A stretch of DNA of 63,481 nt, counting the filler, from Folioceros fuciformis (Eukaryota): the NCBI GenBank assembly GCA_049999805.1. It is 4 parts of 3 records of this genome, joined end to end, with 100 filler letters (N's around TTAATTAATTAA, not from the genome) between each part and the next. Parts side by side here need not be neighbours in the genome. Positions count along the whole stretch, not along the records: positions 1 to 28,236 come from JBNGIO010006283.1; 3 more parts are not named here. One strand, 5' to 3'. Below are positions 12,840 through 23,554 of this stretch, piece after piece. The notes beneath the pieces are model-generated. The model did no database searches and was not told where the DNA came from. It saw only the letters and a list, made by a program, of their open reading frames with translations. Every line of letters begins with the position of its first letter. Position 1 is the stretch's first letter. The translations under genes were made by a program, and so were the position numbers.

Positions 12840-14158
12840 ACAACTTTATTAATAGTAATGTGTTTGCTGCCTTCAAACACCATAAAATCTCCACCGCCTA
12901 TATCCACGCTTTTGAGAGTTATAGCTTGGCTTCTCAAATCCATATTTAGGTCTCGTGGTCTTGCAACTTGCGCGCATGCACACCTCAATTAGATTTCCAA
13001 CAAGAGAATGAACTTCCAAGAGATGCATATAAGAGAATGCTCCTTTAAGAGAGAGCCTATTCAATAGAATACAAGCTTATAGATGTAACAAACATCTATA
13101 AGCTAGGCTAGGCTTTATGTCTGCCACTTGAGGTATAAGCTTGTAATAGACGACACTAAGCTAGGCTTTATGCCTGCCACTCAAGGCTTGTTGCAATCAC
13201 ATCTGCACATTGGATCCTCCATTTTGGCCACAAATCTATGCTAATAATGTCTCTCTTAGAGTAGATGAAGGGGGAACAGAGGGGCTGCCTTACCAATAGC
13301 TGACCTTGTGTGTGTACAATAGGTTAGGGTATGCTTGGGACACTCCTGCAAGTTATTTTAATGTGATGTTGATTTCATGCCGTACATGTATTGTTGATAA
13401 TAGGACGGTGTATTGGAAAATTGATACTATGTAACAAGCTCTTTAGTCTAGAAATTTTGATGCTCTCTACACTTGACATTTTAATGTTCGGTAAGTGCTT
13501 ATGGCTATACCAATCCTATGCTTGTAGCTTCATAAGTGCTTGATGGTCACAATTCACACATTAACACTCTATGTGATCAAAGGTTTCTCTCTCACACATT
13601 AACACTCTATGTGATCAAAGGTTTCTCTCTCACCAAGTAAATGAACCAAGGCTAATGAGCATGTGAGTCCTTACAAGAGGCGATTGGCAAGCACTATGGC
13701 TTGCATGTATGCACATAAATACCAAGTATATATGTATATGTGTGTGTATATATATATAAGATTGTATAAATAGGATGACATGTGGAATGTTTGTAAAAGT
13801 GATTTTTTATAGACACATTAATTTTATTTATTAATTATGTATGGGATTAAGTGTCCTATTACGAGTTAATCTTTGAAGCCTAATGACTACCAATAGCACT
13901 TAAAACATCATGACATGGACACCATAATATTAAGAGAAAAGAATCCTCACGAAAGAAAACCACAGGTGAAAATAGTTTTATGTTATGAAGAAATGCTAAG
14001 TTATGATTTTTTTTCTTCCCAAAAGAAAGACAAAAGCTTACAAGGGGAAAGGAAGAATGAAAAGGAGGGTGTTGTTTTTTGTATGTGGCTTTCTTATTCA
14101 AAAAGATTAGAGAGCTAAACATCAATGTTCCTCTCCTTAACCATTGTATCTAAAATAG

Positions 14159-14258
14159 NNNNNNNNNNNNNNNNNNNNNNNNNNNNNNNNNNNNNNNNNN
14201 NNNNNNNNNNNNNNNNNNNNNNNNNNNNNNNNNNNNNNNNNNNNNNNNNNNNNNNNNN
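14159..14258. other. Assembly gap (100 N) with duplicated flanks
   Basis: TCCTTAACCATTGTATCTAAAATAG occurs on both sides of the gap, suggesting overlapping contig ends. Confidence 0.9.
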
Positions 14259-15052
14259 TCCTTAACCATTGTATCTAAAATAGGATGTAAGTGTTATAAA
14301 GTTAAATGGCATTGAACTCGCTCTAGGAAAATAAGTAATTCAGGTCACTTTTACAAACATTGTTATTTCCTTTAATTTCCTCTTTTGTATGGAAGTAAAA
14401 TGATGTGTATATTTGGGAGAGACTTAGTAGGCACTGAAAATTGTTATCAATTGTACAACCCATTTGTTCCATCATCGTGAAGATGATGTCTAATTCATCC
14501 CCACTTACTCTTGGCAATGAAATTGTAATCCATGAGAAACCTCTTAGCTAACAAACTTTCTCTCTTGTAGCTCTCTAATAAGTAATATATATATATATAT
14601 AATTCATTTCTTAGTAAACATAGAAGACCATCTTGTGAAAGCCAAGACTTGCACTTTGAACTTGCCAAAGACTTGCACTTTGAACTTGCCAAAGACTTGC
14701 ACTTTGAACTTGCAGGAAAAAAATACTTAGAAGATTGGATCCCATGGATTAGATTGAGAGAGATGCTCGTACGCATTTAGATCATGTGAGATAAGTTTAC
14801 TGACTTGAAACGAAAGAAGAACATTCAGTGGGGAAGGGGAAGGAGAGGGGGAGGTCCTGGTTCTCCCAGTCGAGAAGGAATCGTGATGGCACTTGTGTGG
14901 CTCAATTGTGAGCTTCAGCCAAAAAAAAAAAAGTAAGTTCCTTAGGCGAGGCGATGGAGTGGAGTGGCATAACACTCCACTTCCAAGTCTGGAGTGGAGT
15001 GGCATAACACTCCACTTCCAAGTCTTCCACTTGGATGCATGTACTTCCGTGA

Positions 15053-15940
15053 TCAATGAGAAGACAGAGGTGGTGGAGACATAATCACCTCTACATCTCG
15101 AGATAGGTCAGAGCCTCGAGAGATGAAGCTTTGAGAGGAGGGTTTTCCACTCGGTTGGTGGCCACATACTCTGGCGATAACGCCATACACTAGAGCAACG
15201 AGAACGAAGGTGAAGCAGACAAGCATGGCGAGCTGCACGTTTGCCAGAGTCTGGCCCCTTTCCTCCAGTTCTGGAGAATCACAGTCTATGCCTCCAGCCC
15301 AGGTTCGGCATCCGCCTGGAACCATAGACCCATACAAGCTGAAAGCAGTCTGGTAGAACCAAGCTCCTTGCATTGCCAGCACCATACTTGATGCGAGATC
15401 GATGACGAAGCTCTTGGGAAACACAGCCCCCAGAAGCGCGCCCAGCACGCACATACCAATCAAGATCACCAGGATGGCGTGGTACCTGCCTTCCAGCCCA
15501 GCATGGCTGGTGGAGTGGAAGTAGAACAAGAGAAGCTCGGCGGTGAAAGCCATAGATGCCACCACGTTCAGCCCGCCCTCTGGAAGGGGCAGCATCCCGG
15601 TGGCCTCCGACACCAGGGTGGTGACCCCGAAAATGAAGAACATCAGGAGCATGGCGGAGTGCTCGAAATCGTTCAAGTGGCTGGTATTAAGGCCCCCGTC
15701 CACAACGAACTTGACGTGCGTGGAGTAGAAGAACTCGATGCACATGTCCAGGAGAGAGCCCACGATCACCACATATATCTCCAGGTATCGGAAGCCTCGG
15801 GGTCCGCCCACAGCATGCCATACTCGGCCCTGGAAAGCTTTTGGCTCGGCGATGTACTTGGATATGCTCCCCACGAGGTGCCACAAGCCCACCATCAGAA
15901 ACAGAGATCCGGGCAGTACGTGACCCCAAAACGACCCCAT
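15053..15940 (-). CDS. TMEM45/DUF716-family multi-pass membrane protein, intronless, 295 aa
   Basis: N-terminal MGSFWGHVLPGSLFLMVGLWHL, HLNDFEHSAM, FYFHST.HAGLEGRYH, QGAWFYQTAF; several hydrophobic helices. Confidence 0.9.
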   Translation of the reverse strand: MGSFWGHVLPGSLFLMVGLWHLVGSISKYIAEPKAFQGRVWHAVGGPRGFRYLEIYVVIVGSLLDMCIEFFYSTHVKFVVDGGLNTSHLNDFEHSAMLLMFFIFGVTTLVSEATGMLPLPEGGLNVVASMAFTAELLLFYFHSTSHAGLEGRYHAILVILIGMCVLGALLGAVFPKSFVIDLASSMVLAMQGAWFYQTAFSLYGSMVPGGCRTWAGGIDCDSPELEERGQTLANVQLAMLVCFTFVLVALVYGVIARVCGHQPSGKPSSQSFISRGSDLSRDVEVIMSPPPLSSH

Positions 15941-16367
15941 CCTTGCTCGAAATTCCCCTCCTGCCCTCCCGCCTTGTGCTGGATCTTGGTCTCGCTGCCG
16001 TGTAATGTCCGCTGGCTCGTCTCAAGACGAGTGCATCTCATCACGAAATGTAAGTGCGTCCGAGAGGAACGGCCGTCTGTGAGACCGAAAGAGTGATAAA
16101 TTGACCGATGCCAGTTCATTTCGAGCCCTCACAAAACATTCACTAAGGAAACCTGAGGGCTGCAGTAGGCATGATGTCGATGCTGCGGTCCAAGGAAGGA
16201 GAGAAGTGTGATGAAGAAGGAACAAATAACAAGGAAGGACAAGGACTACGTTGGACGTACATACGTGTCCAGGAAGCGCGGTCTATCCGGGTTGGGACGG
16301 AGTGTCCAGGCCCACTTGCACCCTTGGTCGGTCCAGATCTCAAGCTCAGTGGAACCTTGAGCTTCTG

Positions 16368-19300
16368 ATGGGCACCCATCTAGCCGTGCTGGATTTTCAA
16401 CAAGGGATGAAGGGGCTTTCTGCTTCCGCTGCATCAACTGCTGGGAGTGCAGCGAGGACCGGAATTATGTCTGAGAATGCACAGGTTGCCCAGATGTTTT
16501 GCAAAGAGGGACGGCTGGACAAGGCGCTGGTCTGCTTGCACCAGGAGGAGCTCGTACCTTCGGTCCACATATACAAGACCCTGTTGCAGGCATGCATGAA
16601 GAGGAAGGCACTTGAAGAGGCCAGGCAGGTGCATGCTCATCTAGCTAAGCATGGGTTGGAGTCCAACAGGATTTTGGGGGATCTCCTTGTCTCCACTCTC
16701 GTTAGCTGTGGGAGCCTTGTTGATGGGCTGAAGTTGTTTCGTAGACTGTCGAATCCAAGTGCTGTCTCCTGGACAGCCATCATTGCAGGCTACTGTGACA
16801 GTGGACAGTATCTGCGAGCGCTCTCATGCTACGAGCAGATGGTGAAACAAGAAGGTGCAAAGCCTGACACTCATACTTTTGTCACCTTGCTGAAAGTCTG
16901 CAGCCGGTTGGAAGACCTGGAGGTGGGAAGACGCATTCATGCGGATGTTGTGGGGCACGGGTTCGAGTCCAATGTATTTATCGCTAGTGCTCTGGTTAGC
17001 ATGTACGCAAAGTGTGGGAGCATAGAGGATGCGGAGCTTGTGTTTCATGCCTCATCCCAACGGAATGCTGTGTGCTGGAATGCCATAATTGCCGCTTATG
17101 CTCAACACGGCCAAGGGGAGATGGCCTTGCGGACTTTCTGGCAAATGCAAGAGGAGGAAAATGTTAAGCCAGATACGCGTACGTTTGTCAGTGCTCTCCA
17201 AGCATGTGGGAGCCTGGCCGAAAAATTGGAGGGTGGGCTTGAGGAAGGGGATACTCTGAGAGAGGAGACCTTGCAAGTCGGAAGGAGATTACATGCTGAA
17301 GCTACAGCAGGAGGTTTTGAATCAGATGAGTTCGTCCGAAGCGCTTTGGTTAGCATGTATTCCAAGTGTGGAAGCATCCTGGATGCACGGCAGGTGTTTG
17401 ATGGATTGACCCGGCGCACTTTAGTGTCTTGGAATGCAATACTTACAGCATATGCCAAGAAGGAGCAAGGAGACAAGGCTTTGGAAGTTTACCGGCAAAT
17501 GCAAAAGGAAAGGGTGAAGCCAGATGGACGGACTGTATGCAGTGCTCTCCAAGCCTGCAGCAGCATTGCAGACGGGTCAGTTGAGGACTGGCAGGGTGTG
17601 AAGGTGGTGTCCCTGCGAATTGGGAAGGCAATTCATGCGGATGCTGTAAGGCATGGACTGGAACTCGACACGTTTGTCGGGTGTGCCTTAGTCAGTATGT
17701 ACTCAAAGTGTAGGAGCATAGCGGATGCACAGCATGTGTTTGACAGATTTCCCCACCAGAATGTGGTGTCTTGGACTGCCATGATTGCTGCATATGCTCA
17801 GCAGGGGCAAGGAGCAAGGGCCTTGCAGATGTTTTCTCACATGCAAGAGGCAGGCGTGAGGCCAAATGCGCGGACATTTGTTGCTGCTCTACAGGCATGC
17901 ACCTCCCTTGCAGAAGTGGAGGGGATTTTCCTCGTAGATGGCCAGGGGGTGAAGTTAGAGTCCCTGCAGACAGGGAGGGAAATACATGCTAGAGCTCGGG
18001 GCCTGGAAATGGACATATTCGTCGGCACAGCTTTGATCAGTCTGTATGCCAAGTGTGGAAGCATTAAGGATGCAGAACTGGCTTTTGATGCACTGTCCCA
18101 TCGTAACGTCGTCACCTGGAGTGCTATGATCGCAGCGTATGCAGGGCTTGCACAGGGCGAGAGGGCCCTGCAAGTCTACAGGCAGATGCGAAGGGCCGGG
18201 GTACGTCCAAACTCTTGGACATTGGTTGGTGCCCTCCAGTCATGCGCCCTTCTTGCAGAAAGGGAGGAAAGCACATTTGTGGACGGCCGTAGTGTCAAGC
18301 TGCAGTCCCTGCTAATTGGGCGTGAGCTTCATGCTGAAGCTTGTGTGAGGGGCTTACAAACAGACTTGTTCGTGGCCAGTAGCTTGGTGAGTACGTATGC
18401 CAAGTGCGGGAGCATCAAGGATGCAGAACAGGTGTTTGGCCTTCTGTCCCAGCACGATGCAGGATCATGGACTGCCATGATTTCGGCATACGCTCAGCAG
18501 GGTCAAGGAGATAAAGCTTTGCAGCTCTATGCTAAGATGCAAAGTGCAGGTGTGAAGGCGGATGTGGCCACCATTGTGAGTGTGTTGGAAGCGTGCAGCA
18601 GCCTGGGAGCTCTGGCTGCGTGCAGGCGAATGCACCAAACGATTCTTGACAGCGGATTAGAGTGCAGTTCTTTCGCAGCAACCAGTCTCATTCATGCGTA
18701 CGGCAAGTGTGGGAGCATGGGGGATGCCCAACTCGTGTTCAACTCTCTCCCTCACCCCGATATGGTCTCGTGGAATGCCCTTATTGGCGGGTATGCTCGA
18801 GCCGGATGCTCAGACATGAGCGTGGCATCTTTCGAGCTCATGTGCCGGCAGGGTGTGAGGCCGGACAAAGTTACGTTCCTCGCACTTCTGTCCGCGTGCA
18901 GTCATGGGGGAATGGTGGACAAGGGACTGGAGTACTTCGAAAGCATGACCAGAGATCATGACCTCCGTGCAGACCTGGAACATTACGCGTGCGTGATCGA
19001 TCTCGTTGCTCGGGCCGGGCTCCTTTGCAAGGCAGAAGAGTTGCTTTCTCAAATGCCCATGGTCCCTGATGGTGCAGTGTGGCTTTCTGTGCTAGGTGCC
19101 TGTCAGAAGCACGGAAATATGTCGCTCGCTACTCGAGCCTTCAAAGAGGCTGTGGCTCTACAACCTAGTCAAAGTGCCGCATATGCTCTCATGTCGAACA
19201 TCTGTGCCGATGCTGGCCGGCATGACGCAGCCAACGAGATCGATGAGCTGAGACGGGACGCCGATGCGTGGAAGAAGCCCGGCCAGAGCTGGATCGAGTG

Positions 19301-19409
19301 CGGACAAGAGGTCCACACATTTTTGGTGCGAGATGGCAGCCACCAACACAAGCTGCCTGTGTACGAATTCCTAGACCGTCTGAACGACGAGATCAACGAC
19401 TGTAACTGA
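16368..19409 (+). CDS. PLS-class PPR protein, E1-E2-E+ type (PG box, no catalytic DYW core); organellar RNA-editing specificity factor
   Basis: Intronless ORF, first ATG at 16368. Repeated P-L-S triplets (SWTAMIAAYAQ / TFVSALQAC / LVSMYAKCGS), then P2-L2-S2, E1-E2 and WKKPGQSWIE..HTFLVRDGSH; stop before any HxE/CxxC. Confidence 0.93.
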   Translation: MGTHLAVLDFQQGMKGLSASAASTAGSAARTGIMSENAQVAQMFCKEGRLDKALVCLHQEELVPSVHIYKTLLQACMKRKALEEARQVHAHLAKHGLESNRILGDLLVSTLVSCGSLVDGLKLFRRLSNPSAVSWTAIIAGYCDSGQYLRALSCYEQMVKQEGAKPDTHTFVTLLKVCSRLEDLEVGRRIHADVVGHGFESNVFIASALVSMYAKCGSIEDAELVFHASSQRNAVCWNAIIAAYAQHGQGEMALRTFWQMQEEENVKPDTRTFVSALQACGSLAEKLEGGLEEGDTLREETLQVGRRLHAEATAGGFESDEFVRSALVSMYSKCGSILDARQVFDGLTRRTLVSWNAILTAYAKKEQGDKALEVYRQMQKERVKPDGRTVCSALQACSSIADGSVEDWQGVKVVSLRIGKAIHADAVRHGLELDTFVGCALVSMYSKCRSIADAQHVFDRFPHQNVVSWTAMIAAYAQQGQGARALQMFSHMQEAGVRPNARTFVAALQACTSLAEVEGIFLVDGQGVKLESLQTGREIHARARGLEMDIFVGTALISLYAKCGSIKDAELAFDALSHRNVVTWSAMIAAYAGLAQGERALQVYRQMRRAGVRPNSWTLVGALQSCALLAEREESTFVDGRSVKLQSLLIGRELHAEACVRGLQTDLFVASSLVSTYAKCGSIKDAEQVFGLLSQHDAGSWTAMISAYAQQGQGDKALQLYAKMQSAGVKADVATIVSVLEACSSLGALAACRRMHQTILDSGLECSSFAATSLIHAYGKCGSMGDAQLVFNSLPHPDMVSWNALIGGYARAGCSDMSVASFELMCRQGVRPDKVTFLALLSACSHGGMVDKGLEYFESMTRDHDLRADLEHYACVIDLVARAGLLCKAEELLSQMPMVPDGAVWLSVLGACQKHGNMSLATRAFKEAVALQPSQSAAYALMSNICADAGRHDAANEIDELRRDADAWKKPGQSWIECGQEVHTFLVRDGSHQHKLPVYEFLDRLNDEINDCN

Positions 19410-19682
19410 ACCTCGGGTTTCATATTTGGGTCTTCATTTGTGAGCCTCGCCGATGGTTTGGCCTTCCAAAATATCTCAAGGGCATGTGGAGCCCAAAAAC
19501 GGTTCCCCATGAGGAGAGGAGTTACCTATATGCCCAAAAAATATTCAACCAGCAATTGATGCGTCTCGGAATGACCCTATTTGGTGCGGTCCATTCCTCG
19601 AGCGCAGCACAAATGCAGTGGTGCCTCAGAATAGGCTAAAGCATAGCCATAGCGACAAGCTTTTTTTCGGGCTCCGTATGGG

Positions 19683-22600
19683 TTAATTGAAATGCCGTCG
19701 AAGTTCGTTCAGAAGAGAGTACAAGGGGGCTTCATTTTGATGCCGAGGGTTTCCTACAAGGAACACGTGCATGCGGTGTTCATGCTCAATCCACGTCTGG
19801 CCAGGCTTTTTCCATGCACCTGCGTTTCGTCTCAGGGCATGAATCTCCCTGGCTTGCCTCCACAGGCCAGCAGAAGCATAAATGTTGGACATTAGAACAT
19901 ACGGTGCAGCTTGCCTTGAATCTAAATCTACAGCGCCATCAAAGGCTCGCTTCCCCAGTTCAAGATTACCATGCTTTTGGCATGCACCCAACAGGCACAG
20001 CCACAGCGAGAAATCAGGCTGCATCGGCATCGATCGCAGCAGCTCTTGTGTTTTGCTTATTAGCCCTGCACGGCCAAGCAGATCCATCACGCACAAATAA
20101 TGCTCTAACTCGGGACTGACACCATGAAGTCTTGTCATCCTTACAAAATACTCCAATCCTTCATCCACCATTCCAGCATGACTGCACGCGGAGAGGATTG
20201 CCACAAATGTGACACCGTCTGGTTCAACACCAGCACCACACATTTGCTCGTAGCATTTGGTAGTCGTCTCATAGTATCCTGTTCGTGCATAGCCACCGAT
20301 AAGAGTATTCCATGAGACCACATCTGGGTGTGGGAGAGCGTCAAACACGGATTGGGCATCCACCATGCTCCCACATCTGCCGTATGCATGTATAAGACTG
20401 TTTGCGACAGAAGAACTGCACTCCAGTCCCATCTCTCCAATACTCTGATGGATGTCCACACACATGTCCAGGGCTCCACTATCACTGCAGATGTCGAGCA
20501 CAGAGAGAATTGCTGCCTCGTCGAGCTCCACATCCTCTGCTTGCATTTGTGAAAATAGGTGCAGCCCCATCTTGGCTTGATCATGCGCAGCATAGGCTGT
20601 GATCATGGCCGTCCATGCCACCACATCGCGCTCGGGCATCTGCTCAAACACTTGCTCTGCATCCTTCAGACTCCCACACTTTGAGTACATGCTAATCAGC
20701 GTGTTGCTGACAGCCACATCTGCAGCGAGACCATTCTCAGCTGCATCAGCGTGTATTTGTTTCCCTATCCGGAGGGACTTCACTTTGACGTTTCGCCCAT
20801 CCACCAAGAAGCTTACCTCTTCTTCTGAAGCGGAGCCGCATGCGTGAAAGGCGCTAACAAAGGTCTGAGCAGTTGGCCGGACATTTTCCTCTTCCATTTG
20901 TTGATATATCCTCAAACCTTGTTCTCCTTGGTCCTGCTGGGCGTATGCTGCAAGCATGGCGGTCCATGCCACTACATCCCGCTGGAGCAAACTGTCAAAT
21001 GCTTGCCGCGCATCCAGAATGCACCCACATCTAGCATACATACAAACCAAAGTGCTACCGACAAACATGTCCAATTCGCCACCCATGAGCACAGCTTCAG
21101 AATGTATTTCCTTTCCTTCCCGTAATGCCTTCACTTTCACCCTCATGCCGTTCACACGAGCACTTTCCTCGGCTTCTGCAACGGCAATACATGCCTGCAG
21201 GGCACTGACAAAGGTCCGAGAACATGGTCTGATTCCCATGTCTTGCATAACTCGATATAACTGTAAACCAGTATCACCCTGGTCCCAATGGACACAAGCC
21301 GAGAGCATCACAGTCCATGTCACGACATTGCACTCTGACAATCCATGGAATAGCTTCCGTGCATCTTCGATGCTGCCACATCTCGTGTACAGACTGAGCA
21401 AGGTATTGCATAGAAACATGTTAGACTGGAGCCCCATCCTAGCGGCTTCGGCATGTATTTCCTTACCCTTTCGAAGCAAACCCACCTTGACTGGCTTCCT
21501 GCCTAAGATTTTGATTTCTTCCCTTTCTTCAATGCTGAAACAAGCCTGAAGAGCGCTGACAAATGTCTGAGCATCTGGCCTGACACCTGCCCTTTGCATT
21601 TCCTCGTAGATCTCCAGACCTCGTTCTCCTTGATTCTGTTCGACGTAACCCGCAATCATTGCATTCCATGCCATCACATCGAGGTGGCTGAGTTGTTCGA
21701 AAACAAGTCTTGCATCCTTGACATTACCACACTTTGAGTACGTACAAACTAGATTGATGGCAACAAACATGTCTGAGTCGAACCCCAATCCAACAGCCTC
21801 GGCATGCAGTCTCTTTCCCTTCAGTAGTGACTCCAGTTTGACGAATTGTCCACCAACGGTTACAACTGCCTCCTGTTCTGAGAGAATGCTACATCCTTGG
21901 AGGGCACTGACAAAGGTCCGAGCATTCAGGGTAACCTTCTCTTTCTGCATTTCCATATAAATCTTCATCACCTTATCTCCTTGAGCATGCAGAACGTATG
22001 CAGCAAGCAGTGAGTTCCATAAAACTACATCACGCTCGGCCAAACCATCAAACACCTGCTGTGCATCCATGATGCTGCCACACTTGGAGTACATGTGAAC
22101 TAGAGCACTTGCCAGGAACATGTGCGATGCAAAGCCTCTCTCATAAGCTTCAGCATGTATCTGCTTCCCCTTATGCAACAACTCCACCTTAATACTCTGC
22201 CTGTCCACAGTTAACATCTCCTCCTTACCTGCAAGACAGCTGCATGCTTGGAAAACGCTGACAAAAGTCCTAGAATCAGGTACAAAGCCTTTGTCGACCA
22301 ACACTGCATAGGTCTGTAGGGCTTTTTCTCCTTCATCGTGCTGAACACATGCAGCAAGCATCGCATTACACACTACCATGTTGTGTTCAGGCAAGCTATC
22401 GAATACATGTTGGGCATGTTGAAATGTGCCACATTTGGCATACATGCTAATCAAAGTGCTTCCAACGAAAACATCTGACACAAAACCCATGCTTGAAGCG
22501 TGGGCATGTATTTGTTTCCCCCGTTGGAGAGACACCACCTTCAAATGCTGCCCTTCCAGAACGACACTCTTCTCCTTCTCGGCAAGGGTGCCACAGGCAA

Positions 22601-23423
22601 GGAGAGTGCTTACGAATGTCCAAGTATCTGGTATAACCCCTTCGTGTCGCATTGTCTCATAAATCTGCAGAGCAAGATCGGCTTGCTGCACCTGACTGTA
22701 CGCTGCCAGCATCACATTCCAGGACACCAAATCTCGATGGGTCAACCCATCAAAGACACTTCGAGCATTGTTTATGCTCCCACACTTTGTGTACATCCTG
22801 ATAAGAGAGTTAGCAACAAACGGGTTCGAGTCAAACCCATGCATCAGGCTGGCAGAGTGGATCCTCTTCCCCTCTTCCAAGTCCTCCAACCTACTACATG
22901 CTTTGAGCAAGCTGACGAGTGTGTACGAACTGGGCAGCACACCGTCCTGTTGCATCTGCTCATAACACGAAAGAGCCTGCCGAAATTGTCCAGCATTGCA
23001 GTAACCAGAAATGATGGCTGTCCAAGAGCACACAGTCCGGTCTGACAATCTCCGAAACACCTCAAGCCCATCAGCAAGGCACCCACATCTCATGAATGTG
23101 GTGACAACAAGGTCGCCCAGAAACCCGTTGGACTCAAATCCATGGTGTTTCAAGTGCGCATGTACCAACTTGGCCTCTGCAAAGCTCCTGGTCCTCGAGC
23201 ACGCCTGTAATAGGATTTTGTACATGCGCGGCGACGGCAAAGTATTTGATTGTTCCATGTAGAGCACAGCGAGGTCCAGCCGTCCCTCCTTGCAGAGAGC
23301 CTCTACTTGATCGTCTCCACAGGCGAGTTCTGCTCTTGAAGTCCATCGCGGCTGAAAATGTCGCAACCTGTGCAGACACTCCCAGCGCGGTGGGTTGGGA
23401 GCTGAGACACATAAATTGGCCAT
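19683..23423 (-). CDS. PLS-class PPR protein, E1-E2-E+ type, ~1246 aa
   Basis: Intronless ORF with about ten PLS triplets, ending WKKPGQTWIEHEHRMHVFLVGNPRH...; Arg-rich N-terminus compatible with an organellar transit peptide. Confidence 0.93.
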   Translation of the reverse strand: MANLCVSAPNPPRWECLHRLRHFQPRWTSRAELACGDDQVEALCKEGRLDLAVLYMEQSNTLPSPRMYKILLQACSRTRSFAEAKLVHAHLKHHGFESNGFLGDLVVTTFMRCGCLADGLEVFRRLSDRTVCSWTAIISGYCNAGQFRQALSCYEQMQQDGVLPSSYTLVSLLKACSRLEDLEEGKRIHSASLMHGFDSNPFVANSLIRMYTKCGSINNARSVFDGLTHRDLVSWNVMLAAYSQVQQADLALQIYETMRHEGVIPDTWTFVSTLLACGTLAEKEKSVVLEGQHLKVVSLQRGKQIHAHASSMGFVSDVFVGSTLISMYAKCGTFQHAQHVFDSLPEHNMVVCNAMLAACVQHDEGEKALQTYAVLVDKGFVPDSRTFVSVFQACSCLAGKEEMLTVDRQSIKVELLHKGKQIHAEAYERGFASHMFLASALVHMYSKCGSIMDAQQVFDGLAERDVVLWNSLLAAYVLHAQGDKVMKIYMEMQKEKVTLNARTFVSALQGCSILSEQEAVVTVGGQFVKLESLLKGKRLHAEAVGLGFDSDMFVAINLVCTYSKCGNVKDARLVFEQLSHLDVMAWNAMIAGYVEQNQGERGLEIYEEMQRAGVRPDAQTFVSALQACFSIEEREEIKILGRKPVKVGLLRKGKEIHAEAARMGLQSNMFLCNTLLSLYTRCGSIEDARKLFHGLSECNVVTWTVMLSACVHWDQGDTGLQLYRVMQDMGIRPCSRTFVSALQACIAVAEAEESARVNGMRVKVKALREGKEIHSEAVLMGGELDMFVGSTLVCMYARCGCILDARQAFDSLLQRDVVAWTAMLAAYAQQDQGEQGLRIYQQMEEENVRPTAQTFVSAFHACGSASEEEVSFLVDGRNVKVKSLRIGKQIHADAAENGLAADVAVSNTLISMYSKCGSLKDAEQVFEQMPERDVVAWTAMITAYAAHDQAKMGLHLFSQMQAEDVELDEAAILSVLDICSDSGALDMCVDIHQSIGEMGLECSSSVANSLIHAYGRCGSMVDAQSVFDALPHPDVVSWNTLIGGYARTGYYETTTKCYEQMCGAGVEPDGVTFVAILSACSHAGMVDEGLEYFVRMTRLHGVSPELEHYLCVMDLLGRAGLISKTQELLRSMPMQPDFSLWLCLLGACQKHGNLELGKRAFDGAVDLDSRQAAPYVLMSNIYASAGLWRQAREIHALRRNAGAWKKPGQTWIEHEHRMHVFLVGNPRHQNEAPLYSLLNELRRHFN

Positions 23424-23554
23424 CACCGTGTAACCATAGCGAACGAAAGCTGTTTAGGTGCTGTTCCCACTACACCTTATCTTCCACATTCTCTCTCTTT
23501 TCAGGCATTTGGAAAGGCTTGAACGTATCATGGCAAGCAGTTTCCAGAGCCTCC

